From assembly GCA_041178425.1 (NCBI GenBank), contig JBEGVH010000026.1, positions 1 through 64,000 on the forward strand: a DNA stretch of 64,000 bases. Reading direction: 5' to 3'. Shown here piece by piece: positions 39,268-49,631 of the stretch. The stretch's first letter is position 1; each line of letters begins with the position of its first letter. Source of the stretch: Pseudomonadota bacterium (GTDB lineage: Bacteria > Bdellovibrionota > Bdellovibrionia > Bdellovibrionales > Bdellovibrionaceae). The translations under genes were made by a program, and so were the position numbers. Below the pieces are notes generated by a model, which saw nothing but the letters and a program-made list of their open reading frames with translations, searched no databases and was not told the DNA's origin.

Positions 39268-40860
39268 ATGACTTTGAGCGAGCCACAGGTGAGAACCCTT
39301 CATTTTCGTTTTATGGCTGTAGTGGCTATGGCCGTTGTTTTTTTAGTTCTTTCCGTTTCTAAAGCTCAATCCCAACCAATTGATCTGTTTCCCGCAAGCC
39401 ACCTCGGAATGCCCGTTGATCCAGAAAAGATGAATCAAGTGATGGAAGCCTATGTAGAAAAGGTGCCTTCTGTTATTGAGGAGTCCACACGAGTGATTGA
39501 ACTCTTTAAAGGCGCCCTGGTCTATGCTGAAGAAAAGTACCAAGAGTTGCGACAAAATGCCAATGGGCGCTCGGATGTTGCAGATGAAATGTTTTTGAAT
39601 GATCTTAAACAGCGCAAAATTATTTTTAACGATCCTAATTTAGGCCAGGCTGAGTTCACGGATATAGATGGCTCTCTTGTTGTGCGAATGATCGATAAAA
39701 AAGGAACGGCGATCATTTTTATTCACAGTGATTATGTTCAAAAAGATTCGGTCCATTTGCAGCGTTATATCAGTCGTCAGAACAGTGCCGCCGGAAAAAC
39801 GGGTAGAAATTTGATCGTTGTGTGGCACGACGACAATCGATTGCAGTCGGTTGAGACTCACGCCAAACCCAGTCGTTGGACGCTGGCCCATTGGAAAGGC
39901 TATCTAACTGCTGTTTATAAACCAGCCACCTTCGATAGTTTTTGTTTTGGAATTATGAGTGGTCTTGCTCAGGCCGCCCTCACGGCTACCTTAGGCGCCC
40001 TTCAAGGAGGCCTAACACCTCATGTGGCCATCCTGGCGGGAAGTGTTTTTGGCTTTGGCTCCTTTATTGGAACCTATAGTTCGACTTATCGAAATATCAT
40101 CTTTTACAGTCATTCCAAAATAAGTCAGATCATGAAACAGTCGGTGGTCAGCTACGCTTTTGCTTACATGGTTTTTTCTCTTAATAATATCGCTAACGGC
40201 GAAGCGAATCATGTGATGTCGTTCTCGGAGTATTTAGGACTGCTAGTGAATATCTTTCTTTCGAGTTCGGCGAAGAACGAATTTTCACAATGGGCACGGG
40301 TGAAAGATTTTGGACGCCTTGACCTGAAGGAATATGCTGTGAAAATTCCGCTGATAAATAAAGCTTTTCACTTTACGGATCGAGATATTAATTATCAGAT
40401 GAAGGTTCAGTTAACAACACAGGGAATTCGAACGGCGGATTTGCTTGGTTACCAGCTCAATATTCCCCTAGCGGATGGCGGCTTTTACAAGCTCGACCTC
40501 GGAAAAATTTTGCTTTGGGTCTCAGCACCGGTCGTATACCTTTCTGTTAAGAGTTGGGCTAATAAAAATCATCCTGAGATTGCAAAAGAAATTGGGTTAG
40601 ACACGCCATTAAAGGAAATAATGAATGGATTCTTTAAAAAAGTAGTGGATAGTTTTAAGGTTGACCCCAAAAAGTGGGAAGAATCGTTGGCGCGATCAGC
40701 TTTGAGTCAGCAAATTCAAGAGGCCGACTCCAGTTACCTGGAGTCAATGACTCGAAAGTTAATCGAGAATCGACCCGGTGAATTCGAGACGTTACCGGGA
40801 GTATCTTATCGTTCTAAACGCTGTCAGCGAGCGCTCGAAGGAGCGGCTTCAGGAGCGTAA
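39268..40860 (+). CDS. Exported/membrane hypothetical protein with central hydrophobic helices
   Basis: GAGGA RBS; signal peptide; Gly/Ala-rich hydrophobic segments; C-terminal RCQRAL. Confidence 0.75.
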   Translation: MTLSEPQVRTLHFRFMAVVAMAVVFLVLSVSKAQSQPIDLFPASHLGMPVDPEKMNQVMEAYVEKVPSVIEESTRVIELFKGALVYAEEKYQELRQNANGRSDVADEMFLNDLKQRKIIFNDPNLGQAEFTDIDGSLVVRMIDKKGTAIIFIHSDYVQKDSVHLQRYISRQNSAAGKTGRNLIVVWHDDNRLQSVETHAKPSRWTLAHWKGYLTAVYKPATFDSFCFGIMSGLAQAALTATLGALQGGLTPHVAILAGSVFGFGSFIGTYSSTYRNIIFYSHSKISQIMKQSVVSYAFAYMVFSLNNIANGEANHVMSFSEYLGLLVNIFLSSSAKNEFSQWARVKDFGRLDLKEYAVKIPLINKAFHFTDRDINYQMKVQLTTQGIRTADLLGYQLNIPLADGGFYKLDLGKILLWVSAPVVYLSVKSWANKNHPEIAKEIGLDTPLKEIMNGFFKKVVDSFKVDPKKWEESLARSALSQQIQEADSSYLESMTRKLIENRPGEFETLPGVSYRSKRCQRALEGAASGA

Positions 40861-40871
40861 AATAACCCTGC

Positions 40872-41702
40872 CTAATATAAATCTGCCGTCATAAGTTTAT
40901 TAACACAAGTTGGAATTCTTTTGAGAAGTCTCTGAACCTTATAGGCATGTAAATTAGGGTTAAGGACGGCCCAATAATTCAGTTTAGAGTTTTCCCAAAA
41001 AACCTTTCCACTTTTAGAAATTTGAGACTCTAACTGATCCATGACCCAAACCGCGCCATCGGTAGGTGATCGCTTCTTTGTTCCTTGCCAAAGACCGTAA
41101 GCAGTTGAATTAGTACCCTTGGCTTTTATTTTGTTGTTGCAAGAGCTTTCAGCCATTGCCATGGCACCAACGAGGGCCACGTAAAAATCTTTCTTTTGGT
41201 CGGTAGAAAGCTTACTCCAATTGGGGCAAACTTTATTCAGATCATTGGCGCGGTTTAAATGCACCGAGGAAACATTGTTGCGAACGGCGTTGGCCACTTG
41301 GTCGACCACTTTGTCGCACGGATCTGGTAGTAGTTCTTTGGCTTCCGAGAGTGTGGCTGTTGCAGATGCTAATTTCGTTCTGGATTTTAAGGTAACCATG
41401 AGGTCCGATTGTGGAAAATCACGCTGATTATAGAATTTGCGAATGTCCTCTTTTTGTTTTTCCGTTAAAACAGTTCTTTTACGTTTGATAACAGGTTCCT
41501 CTCTCTGGTCGCCGTAGAGGTATTCGTTAGTGGCTTGTTCTGTCGATTCATCACTCCACGCCCCTGTTTCAGAAATCATGGGTAAAGATTCCGAATCATC
41601 GTAACCCGCAAATAGGGGTAGGGCCTGAAAAATAAAAATAAAAAGAATGTATTTTGAAAATCTCTGTAGTGGATTCATTCGGTGTTTGTTTTTGTGAATC
41701 AT
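40872..41702 (-). CDS. Exported lytic-transglycosylase (SLT)-like protein
   Basis: Signal peptide; CPNWSKLS..QK..FY...MAMAESSC (catalytic ES) and YGLWQ. Confidence 0.7.
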   Translation of the reverse strand: MIHKNKHRMNPLQRFSKYILFIFIFQALPLFAGYDDSESLPMISETGAWSDESTEQATNEYLYGDQREEPVIKRKRTVLTEKQKEDIRKFYNQRDFPQSDLMVTLKSRTKLASATATLSEAKELLPDPCDKVVDQVANAVRNNVSSVHLNRANDLNKVCPNWSKLSTDQKKDFYVALVGAMAMAESSCNNKIKAKGTNSTAYGLWQGTKKRSPTDGAVWVMDQLESQISKSGKVFWENSKLNYWAVLNPNLHAYKVQRLLKRIPTCVNKLMTADLY

Positions 41703-41762
41703 TGAATTGACCTCATTCTCTCAAAATGAGTGATGTTTTGAATTCCCCGCAGAAATATCATG

Positions 41763-41778
41763 AGCAATCGAAGTGCCA
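41763..41778 (-). promoter_or_regulatory. sigma54 promoter for the SLT-like gene
   Basis: TGGCACTTCGATTGCT, a full match to TGGCAC-N5-TTGCW. Confidence 0.75.
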
Positions 41779-42105
41779 AAATTTGTAATTGTGTTCAAAT
41801 CATCCAAAGAGGTTATGGTGATTTTAAAACCAATTTCGCAAACAATTCAGGTGTTTCTTTGTATCGAGCTGGGAAAATGGTTTGCAATAAACTGTTTATG
41901 TTTTGTTCACCTGATGATGAAACTGAATTCATTTAAAAGCTCTTGAAACATTAATGAGTTAAGGCTCGTTTAACCGTGTTTCTATCAATAGTATGAACAT
42001 TCACAAAAAGTGATCCCAAGTGAATTGTTTCTTGGCGATAAATCGATAGGTCTTTATTTTGCAGCCCTGGTAAAATCAATCCATTTATTTTTTCGAGGGT
42101 TTAAT

Positions 42106-42807
42106 GTGCGAAGTTTGCTTTGGTTGATCGTTCTTTCTTTTTTGCCTCTGGTGTGTTTCGCCTCAGACATTCAGAGTTGCAAGTTGAGCCTTCTCGAACA
42201 GCCTATTCTCGTTGATGTTTCCCAATTAGGCTATACCTGGGAGAGTTTTGACCGTTATTCGGAGTTTGATTTTTCTGACCGTCGAAAGGTTCTATTTTTA
42301 AGTGATGGGGGAGTTTCGTCGAAGGTTCCCTTACAGAAACAAAGTCGAGTCTTTGTTGGGAGTGATCTTTCGCCTAAAGCCAACGTACAAGTGAGGCTAA
42401 ACAACACGCAACTACCATTTTCTCCTGCAAGTTTCGACTTGATTGTAATGAATAGGGGGCTCTGCCTGTGTCATTCAATAAAAAAAACATGCGGCGGGGT
42501 GAATCTCAATAAAAGTTCGGTTCGCGACTTTCTTGAAAGTGTTGCTGGTCTATTAGATCCTCGAAATCCCACTTCCATGGCTTTGTTGACCGGTTACTAC
42601 GGCAACTCAGAGGCCATCGCGAAGGTTCCTGATTTATTTCGTTCTCAACTGGGAATACTAAAAAAGAATTTTCCCAATTTTGAGTTTGTTGAGCTGATAG
42701 ATCCTACTTTAGGAGATCACGCGGCAGGGGAGTTCATAGGCATCGCTATCTACCAAAAGGGAACTTCCCTTCAGCTCAATCTCCGTGATCTCGAGCTTCC
42801 GCGGTAA
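42106..42807 (+). CDS. Exported SAM-methyltransferase-like protein
   Basis: GAGGG RBS before GTG 42106; signal peptide; FVGSDLSP, LPFSPASFDLIV. Confidence 0.55.
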   Translation: MRSLLWLIVLSFLPLVCFASDIQSCKLSLLEQPILVDVSQLGYTWESFDRYSEFDFSDRRKVLFLSDGGVSSKVPLQKQSRVFVGSDLSPKANVQVRLNNTQLPFSPASFDLIVMNRGLCLCHSIKKTCGGVNLNKSSVRDFLESVAGLLDPRNPTSMALLTGYYGNSEAIAKVPDLFRSQLGILKKNFPNFEFVELIDPTLGDHAAGEFIGIAIYQKGTSLQLNLRDLELPR

Positions 42808-42815
42808 ACGTAAAT

Positions 42816-44114
42816 CTATTTAATAAATCCTAATGCTGTCGGATTCATCCAGTCCTCGGGGTTTAAATTCTGTTGACGCAGCAGTTCTTCGTCTTGTAGA
42901 TCGGGTGATCTTACAATGTTGGGCCATAGCGTTTTTAAATCCTTATCGCTGCAGAGACTTTTCTCAGATATTGTGTTGCGGGCGAGCCTCAATTTTGCCT
43001 TGAATTGACGAACTCTCTGATAAGACTCTTCGATGCGAGAAGGTTTTATTTCTCCTGATAGCACGGCGTCTTGGATTTCTGCGAGCATGATACGAATATC
43101 TTCTGGGCGGTATTTGAGATTATTGCCTATGAGAACCAAGTCAACACCGGCTTTGATCGCTGCCTTTACAGTTTCGGTGAGAGAAAGGGTTTCTGGGATT
43201 CCTTTCATATCGACGTCATCGGTGACGATGAGGCCTTGATAACCAATTTCTTTTCGCAGAAAACCGACGACGTCTTGAGAAATACTCGACGGAGCGCCAT
43301 CAACGGGATTCATTAAATGAGAAATCATGATAAGATCGGCATCGTATTTTAATTTATTGAAGGGCGCAAATGCCGTTTTGGGTCCCTCCGACTTCCAGTT
43401 CTCTGAAAGTGCAACAGTCTCAAGATGGGTGTCGCCAAAAGTTTTCGAAAGACTCATTCCGGGAAAGTGTTTCAACGTGGCACCCACATTGACTTTATGT
43501 AATTCACGAATCACAAGCTTACTAAAAAGCTCTAATTGTTCAGGTGCCTCAGAAAACGTGCGTTTGAAAGCCAGGCTAGTGGAAGTTGTAGCATCGGCAA
43601 CAGGGGCAAAATTAAGATTAATTCCGTAGTTATCGAGTTGTGTTCCAATGATTCGCGCACCACAGCTGACAGCTTTACCTCCAAGAGCTGCAAGCTCTTG
43701 GGGCGCGCGAACTTCCACAAACCCAAGCTTTATCTTGAGGCGCTCAACGGCTCCACCTTCTTGATCAATTGAGATAAGGGGTGGGTGAGTTGTTTTTAGC
43801 TCTTTGATGTAGTTAGTGAGAGCTTTTAGCTGTTTAGCATTTCGTATGTTTCTTGGAGTTTTATCAGTTGAAGATTGGTCAAAGAGAATAACGCCACCAA
43901 TATTTTGATTCTCCATCAGCTCAGTCATGCCCTCTTGTTCAAATCCAGAAGAGGTTTCTGAGGCAAAACCCAGAATAAACATTTGCCCAAGCTTTTTTGA
44001 TAGCGGCAATGTATTGCTGCCTTTTATTTGTCCATTCTGACAAAAACCAGACATTGATAGAAAGAGAGAGTAGCCCAAAGCGAATAAAGTCGATTTATTT
44101 ATATTTGATTTCAT
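42816..44114 (-). CDS. Exported GH3 beta-N-acetylhexosaminidase (NagZ-like)
   Basis: IGGVILF, ISIDQEGGAVERL, GINLNFAPVAD, KHFPG, GDTH, LRKEIGYQGLIVTDD, AIKAGVDLVL. Confidence 0.88.
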   Translation of the reverse strand: MKSNINKSTLFALGYSLFLSMSGFCQNGQIKGSNTLPLSKKLGQMFILGFASETSSGFEQEGMTELMENQNIGGVILFDQSSTDKTPRNIRNAKQLKALTNYIKELKTTHPPLISIDQEGGAVERLKIKLGFVEVRAPQELAALGGKAVSCGARIIGTQLDNYGINLNFAPVADATTSTSLAFKRTFSEAPEQLELFSKLVIRELHKVNVGATLKHFPGMSLSKTFGDTHLETVALSENWKSEGPKTAFAPFNKLKYDADLIMISHLMNPVDGAPSSISQDVVGFLRKEIGYQGLIVTDDVDMKGIPETLSLTETVKAAIKAGVDLVLIGNNLKYRPEDIRIMLAEIQDAVLSGEIKPSRIEESYQRVRQFKAKLRLARNTISEKSLCSDKDLKTLWPNIVRSPDLQDEELLRQQNLNPEDWMNPTALGFIK

Positions 44115-44156
44115 ATCATGGCATTCGCTTCAATCCCTGTGCCATAGGTCCTCTAA

Positions 44157-44186
44157 AGGGCGCTGATCGATCGTCCGGGCGCCCTC
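44157..44186 (-). terminator. Possible terminator hairpin
   Basis: AGGGCGC...GCGCCCT inverted repeat just downstream of the 44196 gene stop; weak U-tract. Confidence 0.4.
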
Positions 44187-44195
44187 AACAATGTA

Positions 44196-45521
44196 TTATT
44201 GAAAAAGAGCGCGGCATTTCATCGCTCGCGTGTCTCCTCTAAACCCCTTTGAAGCTTTAAGTTCATCTAGGAATTTTCGAAGCCCAACACTGATCGCAAG
44301 GTGGCCTTGATGATAGCCAAAAGTGGTCGTATTAATTCGTACGTCTTTGATCAATTGCTCAACAGGAATATTTGTTAACTGAGAGACCGTTAGGTTGAAC
44401 TCCTTAAAGAAATCTTGACCCCAAGCTCCATACGTACTTAGACTTAACCATGACGGTGCACTGTTCCCGTGCAGAAGTCCAATAGCGACAGGGACGTATC
44501 GGCTAAGAACATTTTCTTGGTAGAAAGAGTTAGTAATATCCGTGCGGCCCACGGCTTCAAAATACTCTTTGAGCAAGTAAGAATCGCCTAGATCTTTTAA
44601 TATGACTCTACCAGTGGGTTTTTCGTTTTTGTCGAGTTCGACCATAAAGTTTTGACCATGAGGCGAGTCCAGTGTTTGGCCAGTCATCACGAACAATTCA
44701 GCGAGAGCTCGGGCAAGGGGTTTGTTAAGATGGGTGTTCCAAAAGTCAGCCACCTGTTCTGGTGCGGCTCCATTTTTTATCGCAATCCGGCGCCCTTCCT
44801 CTTCGTGAAGCGCTGAAAAAGCTGGAACGTAACGACGTCCGCCATGCCCATGTACAAGATCGCCCGGGAGTCTCAAAAGCATGCCTTGATCGATTTCCGG
44901 AAGCGTGAACGCTAAAGGCTCATCCATAAAAACAAAGTTTTTTGGTTTATGCTTTTTGATGGCTGCCATGACATAGTCAGAGATCACTCTCACTTCATTG
45001 GTATCACCGATGGGTTGTTTTTTATCCACCCAGTTGCCACCCGTTTTATCCGTTGAAACTTTGAGTGACATCACTTTGCAACTCGTGCCAATGCAGTACC
45101 AGCTCCTAGAAGCCTGCTGATAGGCTGTAAAATAGCGATAGCGAGTGGCATCGAGGTTTTTGCTCTTTAAATATCTTTCGACCTCAAAACTGTATTTTGT
45201 GTCTTCAGGATTAATGATCCAACGAACAAAGGTTTTGTCCTGTCCATTGACCTTCTTGGTAAAAATAAGATCGTTCAAAATGTCTCGAGAAATGCGTCGT
45301 TCGTCCATGTTTACAGTGACGGCTTCAATGGGGATTTCAAAATGCTCCATCTGGATTTCGAGAGTTCGATTGGGGGCAACGGCGTTTTTTGTTTGCTCCA
45401 TGTGTATAGAGACCTTCTCGCCCATGGAGAGATTGGGATTGTCTTCGAGGCGGGCGTAGGACCTGATCGCAATAAGAAGTGAAAGGGTTAGTAGAAATCC
45501 TTTTAAAATTCTTCTTTCCAC
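44196..45521 (-). CDS. Exported IucA/IucC (NIS synthetase)-like protein
   Basis: AAGGAGG RBS before GTG; signal peptide SYA|; ASRS, LKVS, SPHGQNFMVEL....PTGRVILKDLGD motifs; C-terminal KCRALFQ. Confidence 0.55.
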   Translation of the reverse strand: MERRILKGFLLTLSLLIAIRSYARLEDNPNLSMGEKVSIHMEQTKNAVAPNRTLEIQMEHFEIPIEAVTVNMDERRISRDILNDLIFTKKVNGQDKTFVRWIINPEDTKYSFEVERYLKSKNLDATRYRYFTAYQQASRSWYCIGTSCKVMSLKVSTDKTGGNWVDKKQPIGDTNEVRVISDYVMAAIKKHKPKNFVFMDEPLAFTLPEIDQGMLLRLPGDLVHGHGGRRYVPAFSALHEEEGRRIAIKNGAAPEQVADFWNTHLNKPLARALAELFVMTGQTLDSPHGQNFMVELDKNEKPTGRVILKDLGDSYLLKEYFEAVGRTDITNSFYQENVLSRYVPVAIGLLHGNSAPSWLSLSTYGAWGQDFFKEFNLTVSQLTNIPVEQLIKDVRINTTTFGYHQGHLAISVGLRKFLDELKASKGFRGDTRAMKCRALFQ

Positions 45522-45741
45522 GAAATTCCTCCTTAGAAGGTCAAAAAGATCATTTTGAGCGTCAACCAGCGGTGTTTAGCAGTAAAAGTAGGAGTGTAAA
45601 ATAGAATTTTGTCGTAAATTCCTAAGGCCTTTTAATGAGATCTGAGCCGCAAGAGAGCTGTTGACGTAAAGATATTTTTTAGGGAGGGCGCCCAAAAAGG
45701 GCACCTTAAGGAGTCGTTTAATTTAAAGGGATTTGTTGGAA

Positions 45742-47190
45742 CTATTTTTCGAGCAAGAGTGGGAAATGGCGATAGTTGTATTGTAAATAAGGGGGAGAGT
45801 CGCTGGTATAAATGCGCTTGCGTTCACAATTGTTCGGATAGGTATAAGGATTTTGTGTCTCATCCTGCGTGCCGAAGCGTTTTTGGTAATCATCGGCCTG
45901 TTTTTTTAATGCTCGTTTGAGTTCGTGGCGCGCTTTCACCAAAACACTATAATAAGATTCAAGGGAATGCTCCAAGGCGTATGTGCTAAAGTTATCTAAG
46001 CTATCGACAATTTTGGTTCCATAGGCACAGTAATTAAAGCCGTCAGACGTGGGATTAACAATGGCATTGACATTCGTTGCTGGAAAATTTCCTTGGACAT
46101 CTGCAAACAACTGAACATGAGTTCCTAGGTGGCGATAATCAAAGCAGGGAGCTTTAGTGACGATATCATTCTTGTTAACGATACGATACACACCAACGCC
46201 TTGGGTTCGTTGGAGCGCCTGAAAGTACTCAGTAAATATTTGGCTCCCAACTCGTGGAGATCCAAAAGTGTACAGTGCCTTGATGTTTAGGCGTTGATGG
46301 GGAGAAACGTTTAAATTTCTTTCTAGCAGTGCGGCGGTCACAATAGTCGCAATCGCTCCACCCATGCTATGGCCCGTGATAAAAACCGGAGTTTGGGAGG
46401 CGTTTGGATAACGGGCGATAAAATCATCAATCTCTTCAAAGAGCCATTGAGAGAGAGCGGTGTAAGCACTCAGAAAGCCCTTGTGGACTTGTCGCTTCCA
46501 AAAGGGAAGAGACTTTTGCCTGTGTGGCATGGAGGTTGAAAGGTCGGTGACCCAGTCGATAGGGTTGTCGATTTCTGTTCCTCGAAAGGCCAGCATCAGT
46601 GCATTTGGTCCATCGAGCCAAAGGGCTTGAACGTCAGGCGGGAGATCACGGCTATGACGGAATTGTTCACAGGTGATCTCAAAGGCGTCGTCGTCGTTAC
46701 CATCCTTCGATGGATTTTCTTTTTTGATGCAGGCTTCATAGGGCAAACGCTTTCCGAAGAGAGAGATGATGTTCATGGCTTTCGATCGGTAGTTTTTTGG
46801 GAGAATCGGCTTGCTCGTAAAAAAGTCGAAATGCCCAGACCAACCGAGGCCAAACATCATTTGGCTCGGGCCTGGCTTTCCCTCTTTGTCGTAAGTGGTC
46901 ACTCTTACTCTTTGCCCTAACGGTGCATCCACGAGTTGTTTTAGCACCCGGGGTTCTACGTATGAATAATAAGAAGCTGCGGCCATCCAAAAAGCATTAC
47001 GATAATCAAAAGCGTTGGTGTTGGGACAATAATCAATTTGTCCGTCTTTGGGCCAATCAATCGGAGCCTCTAGGGGTGGGTTTGGTTTTGTATCATTCGA
47101 CGGAATTTGCTTCGATTGGCCTCGAGCCAAGTGGCCCCAGGCGAAGTGGAAAAAAATAATCGCGAAAAGTGCTGCTTTGCTAGTGGTCAT
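45742..47190 (-). CDS. Exported class 3 lipase (paralog of 18100-19749)
   Basis: LAFRGTE, VHKGF, ITGHSMGG, YTFGSPRVG, RIVNKNDIV; colinear similarity with the first lipase. Confidence 0.9.
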   Translation of the reverse strand: MTTSKAALFAIIFFHFAWGHLARGQSKQIPSNDTKPNPPLEAPIDWPKDGQIDYCPNTNAFDYRNAFWMAAASYYSYVEPRVLKQLVDAPLGQRVRVTTYDKEGKPGPSQMMFGLGWSGHFDFFTSKPILPKNYRSKAMNIISLFGKRLPYEACIKKENPSKDGNDDDAFEITCEQFRHSRDLPPDVQALWLDGPNALMLAFRGTEIDNPIDWVTDLSTSMPHRQKSLPFWKRQVHKGFLSAYTALSQWLFEEIDDFIARYPNASQTPVFITGHSMGGAIATIVTAALLERNLNVSPHQRLNIKALYTFGSPRVGSQIFTEYFQALQRTQGVGVYRIVNKNDIVTKAPCFDYRHLGTHVQLFADVQGNFPATNVNAIVNPTSDGFNYCAYGTKIVDSLDNFSTYALEHSLESYYSVLVKARHELKRALKKQADDYQKRFGTQDETQNPYTYPNNCERKRIYTSDSPPYLQYNYRHFPLLLEK

Positions 47191-47375
47191 CGTTTCTCCA
47201 GCAGAAGTCGACTGATGGGTTTGTCTTCAATCTCATTCCTGGGGGTTTACATTTAGAATGTTAAAAGGCCAAGGATTTTTAGTCCCTTTTAACTTCATTT
47301 TTTGAAATGGGAGCCGTTTTTCGTCTTCTGTTTTTAGAGATGTTACGTTATCGTTTCTTGAGGAAAGGAATTCCT

Positions 47376-49607
47376 ATGCACTTACCTGAACTAATCCAAG
47401 ATCTTGCCTTAATTCTTATTGCGGCCTCCGTTATGACTCTCATTTTTATGCGGCTTCGACAGCCTGTTGTTTTGGGCTATATTCTTGCGGGGTTTCTTGT
47501 TGGCCCTGCCATTCAATGGCTGCCAAACGTGCTCGATAATAATAGCGTAAAAGTTTGGGCAGAGATCGGCGTGATTTTTTTACTTTTCTCTCTCGGTTTA
47601 GAGTTTAGCTTTAAAAAGCTCCTGCGGGTCGGTCCATCAGCGTCCATCATCGTGTTAGTTGAGATGATTGTTATGATGAGTATTGGCTACAGTCTTGGTC
47701 GGAGTTTTGGTTGGCAAACGATGGATTGTTTTTTTCTTGGTGGAATAATGGCTATTTCTTCCACCGCGATCATCATCCGAGCGGTGGAAGAGCTCGGCCT
47801 TAAAACGAGAGGTTTTGTTAAATTGGTTTTTGGTATTCTTATCATGGAAGATTTAGCCGCCGTGATTCTCTTAGTGCTTTTGTCGACGATAGCGTTGAGC
47901 CGGCAATTCTCGGGAGTTCAGGTTGGTATTGTTCTTTTTAAATTGGCGTTTTTTTTGGTGCTTTGGTTTTTATTGGGGGTATTTTTATTGCCAAGCTTTC
48001 TCAAAAAAGTACGTAAGAATCTCTCGGAAGAAACTTTATTGGTTTTTGCTTTAGGGTTTTGTTTTCTGATGGTTGTGGCGAGCTCCAAGGCGGGTTTTTC
48101 TCCAGCCCTGGGAGCTTTTATCATGGGGTCTATTTTGGCCGAAACTATTGAGGGCGAGAGAATCGAACATCTCGTTGCACCACTAAAGTATTTGTTTGCG
48201 GCAATCTTTTTTGTGTCGGTAGGAATGATGATCGATCCTGCCGTTCTCGTTCAGTATGCAGGGCCGATCTTAGCTATTACCGCGGCCTTGATGGTTGGAA
48301 AAATTGTAGCTATCACATTGGGTTCCTTAGTCTCTGGCCAGAGCTTGAGGCACTCCGTGCAGTCTGGAATGAGCTTGGCCCAGATAGGTGAGTTTTCTTT
48401 TATTATTGCAAGTCTGGGGATGAGTTTAAAAGTAACAAGTGACTTCCTCTATCCGATTGCTATTAGCGTGTCAGCGATTACTGCCTTCACGACACCCTAC
48501 CTGATCCGCGCGGCTGATCCTGTTGTTTTATTTTTATATAAACGATTACCACCCCAATGGATAAAAGCCCTCGAAGGATTTCGTCGAGACTCAACTACCA
48601 TCACTATGACTGATGATTGGCGGGCAATGACGAAAAAAGGGCTTGTCATCATTGCCGCTAATTCGGTTGTTGTGATTGCCATTTTTTTATTAGTTAAAAA
48701 CTATGTATTGCCGTTCGTTGAATCGATTCCAGCTTTAAACTCTTGGTTTAAGTTGGTGTCTTTATTAGTTGCGATTTTGGCAGCGTCTCCTTTTTTATGG
48801 GGAATTGCGTTTGCTCGATTGAACGACTCCGAAGAGCAATTATGGGGTCACACGGCTCGTCATCTTTCGCTTCTTGTTTTCGAGATCGGTCGCTGGCTTT
48901 TTGCCTTGGTTCTTATTGGACTTCTTTCTGTTAATCTGGTCGCCTCTGCCAATTTATTATTGTTTATTGGTCTTTCGATTTTGTTGATTATTGTGTTTGT
49001 CTTCAGACACCTCGAGACTGTTTATCTCTGGATGAAGGGCCACTTTTTAGGAAATCTAACCGAAAAAGAACGTGTTTCTAAGTCTCAGGATCTACCTCCG
49101 ATTGCCCCATGGGACTCCCACATTGTTCGACTTGAGGTGCCTTCTGATTCTCACTTGGTTGGAAAATCTTTGTCGCAGAGTCAGATTCGTGAACGGTTCG
49201 GCATCACTATCGCCCTGATCGAGCGTGGTCGTCGAATGATTCCAGCTCCTGGGCGCGATGCTATGATTTTTCCGGGAGATCACTTGCAGGTGATTGGTAC
49301 AGACGAACAAATACAAAAATTTAAAGTAGAGTGTTTATCGCACGAGCGAGAGGATACAGATAGTAGTTCTGTTGATTACGTTTTAAAGCCCCTCGTGGTA
49401 GAGTCTCACAGTGGCTTAGTTCAGAAGTCAATTCGAGACAGTGGTGTGCGAGAAGCCACTCAAGGCTTGGTGGTAGGGTTAGAAAAAAAAGGGCAACGGC
49501 TACTCAATCCCGATTCCTCTGTTATTATCGAGATAGGCGATATCTTATGGATCGCTGGGAGTCGTCGTGAACTCGACAATTTCTGCCGGTTGCAGAATGG
49601 TTGTTAG
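47376..49607 (+). CDS. CPA2 cation:proton antiporter with two TrkA-C (RCK_C) domains
   Basis: QPVVLGYILAG, AEIGVIFLLFSLGLEFS, SSTAII, LIMEDL, ALGAFIMG, LAQIGEFSFII; C-terminal RCK_C repeats. Confidence 0.92.
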   Translation: MHLPELIQDLALILIAASVMTLIFMRLRQPVVLGYILAGFLVGPAIQWLPNVLDNNSVKVWAEIGVIFLLFSLGLEFSFKKLLRVGPSASIIVLVEMIVMMSIGYSLGRSFGWQTMDCFFLGGIMAISSTAIIIRAVEELGLKTRGFVKLVFGILIMEDLAAVILLVLLSTIALSRQFSGVQVGIVLFKLAFFLVLWFLLGVFLLPSFLKKVRKNLSEETLLVFALGFCFLMVVASSKAGFSPALGAFIMGSILAETIEGERIEHLVAPLKYLFAAIFFVSVGMMIDPAVLVQYAGPILAITAALMVGKIVAITLGSLVSGQSLRHSVQSGMSLAQIGEFSFIIASLGMSLKVTSDFLYPIAISVSAITAFTTPYLIRAADPVVLFLYKRLPPQWIKALEGFRRDSTTITMTDDWRAMTKKGLVIIAANSVVVIAIFLLVKNYVLPFVESIPALNSWFKLVSLLVAILAASPFLWGIAFARLNDSEEQLWGHTARHLSLLVFEIGRWLFALVLIGLLSVNLVASANLLLFIGLSILLIIVFVFRHLETVYLWMKGHFLGNLTEKERVSKSQDLPPIAPWDSHIVRLEVPSDSHLVGKSLSQSQIRERFGITIALIERGRRMIPAPGRDAMIFPGDHLQVIGTDEQIQKFKVECLSHEREDTDSSSVDYVLKPLVVESHSGLVQKSIRDSGVREATQGLVVGLEKKGQRLLNPDSSVIIEIGDILWIAGSRRELDNFCRLQNGC

Positions 49608-49631
49608 GCAAAAGGTTTTTCCTGAAAGGGT

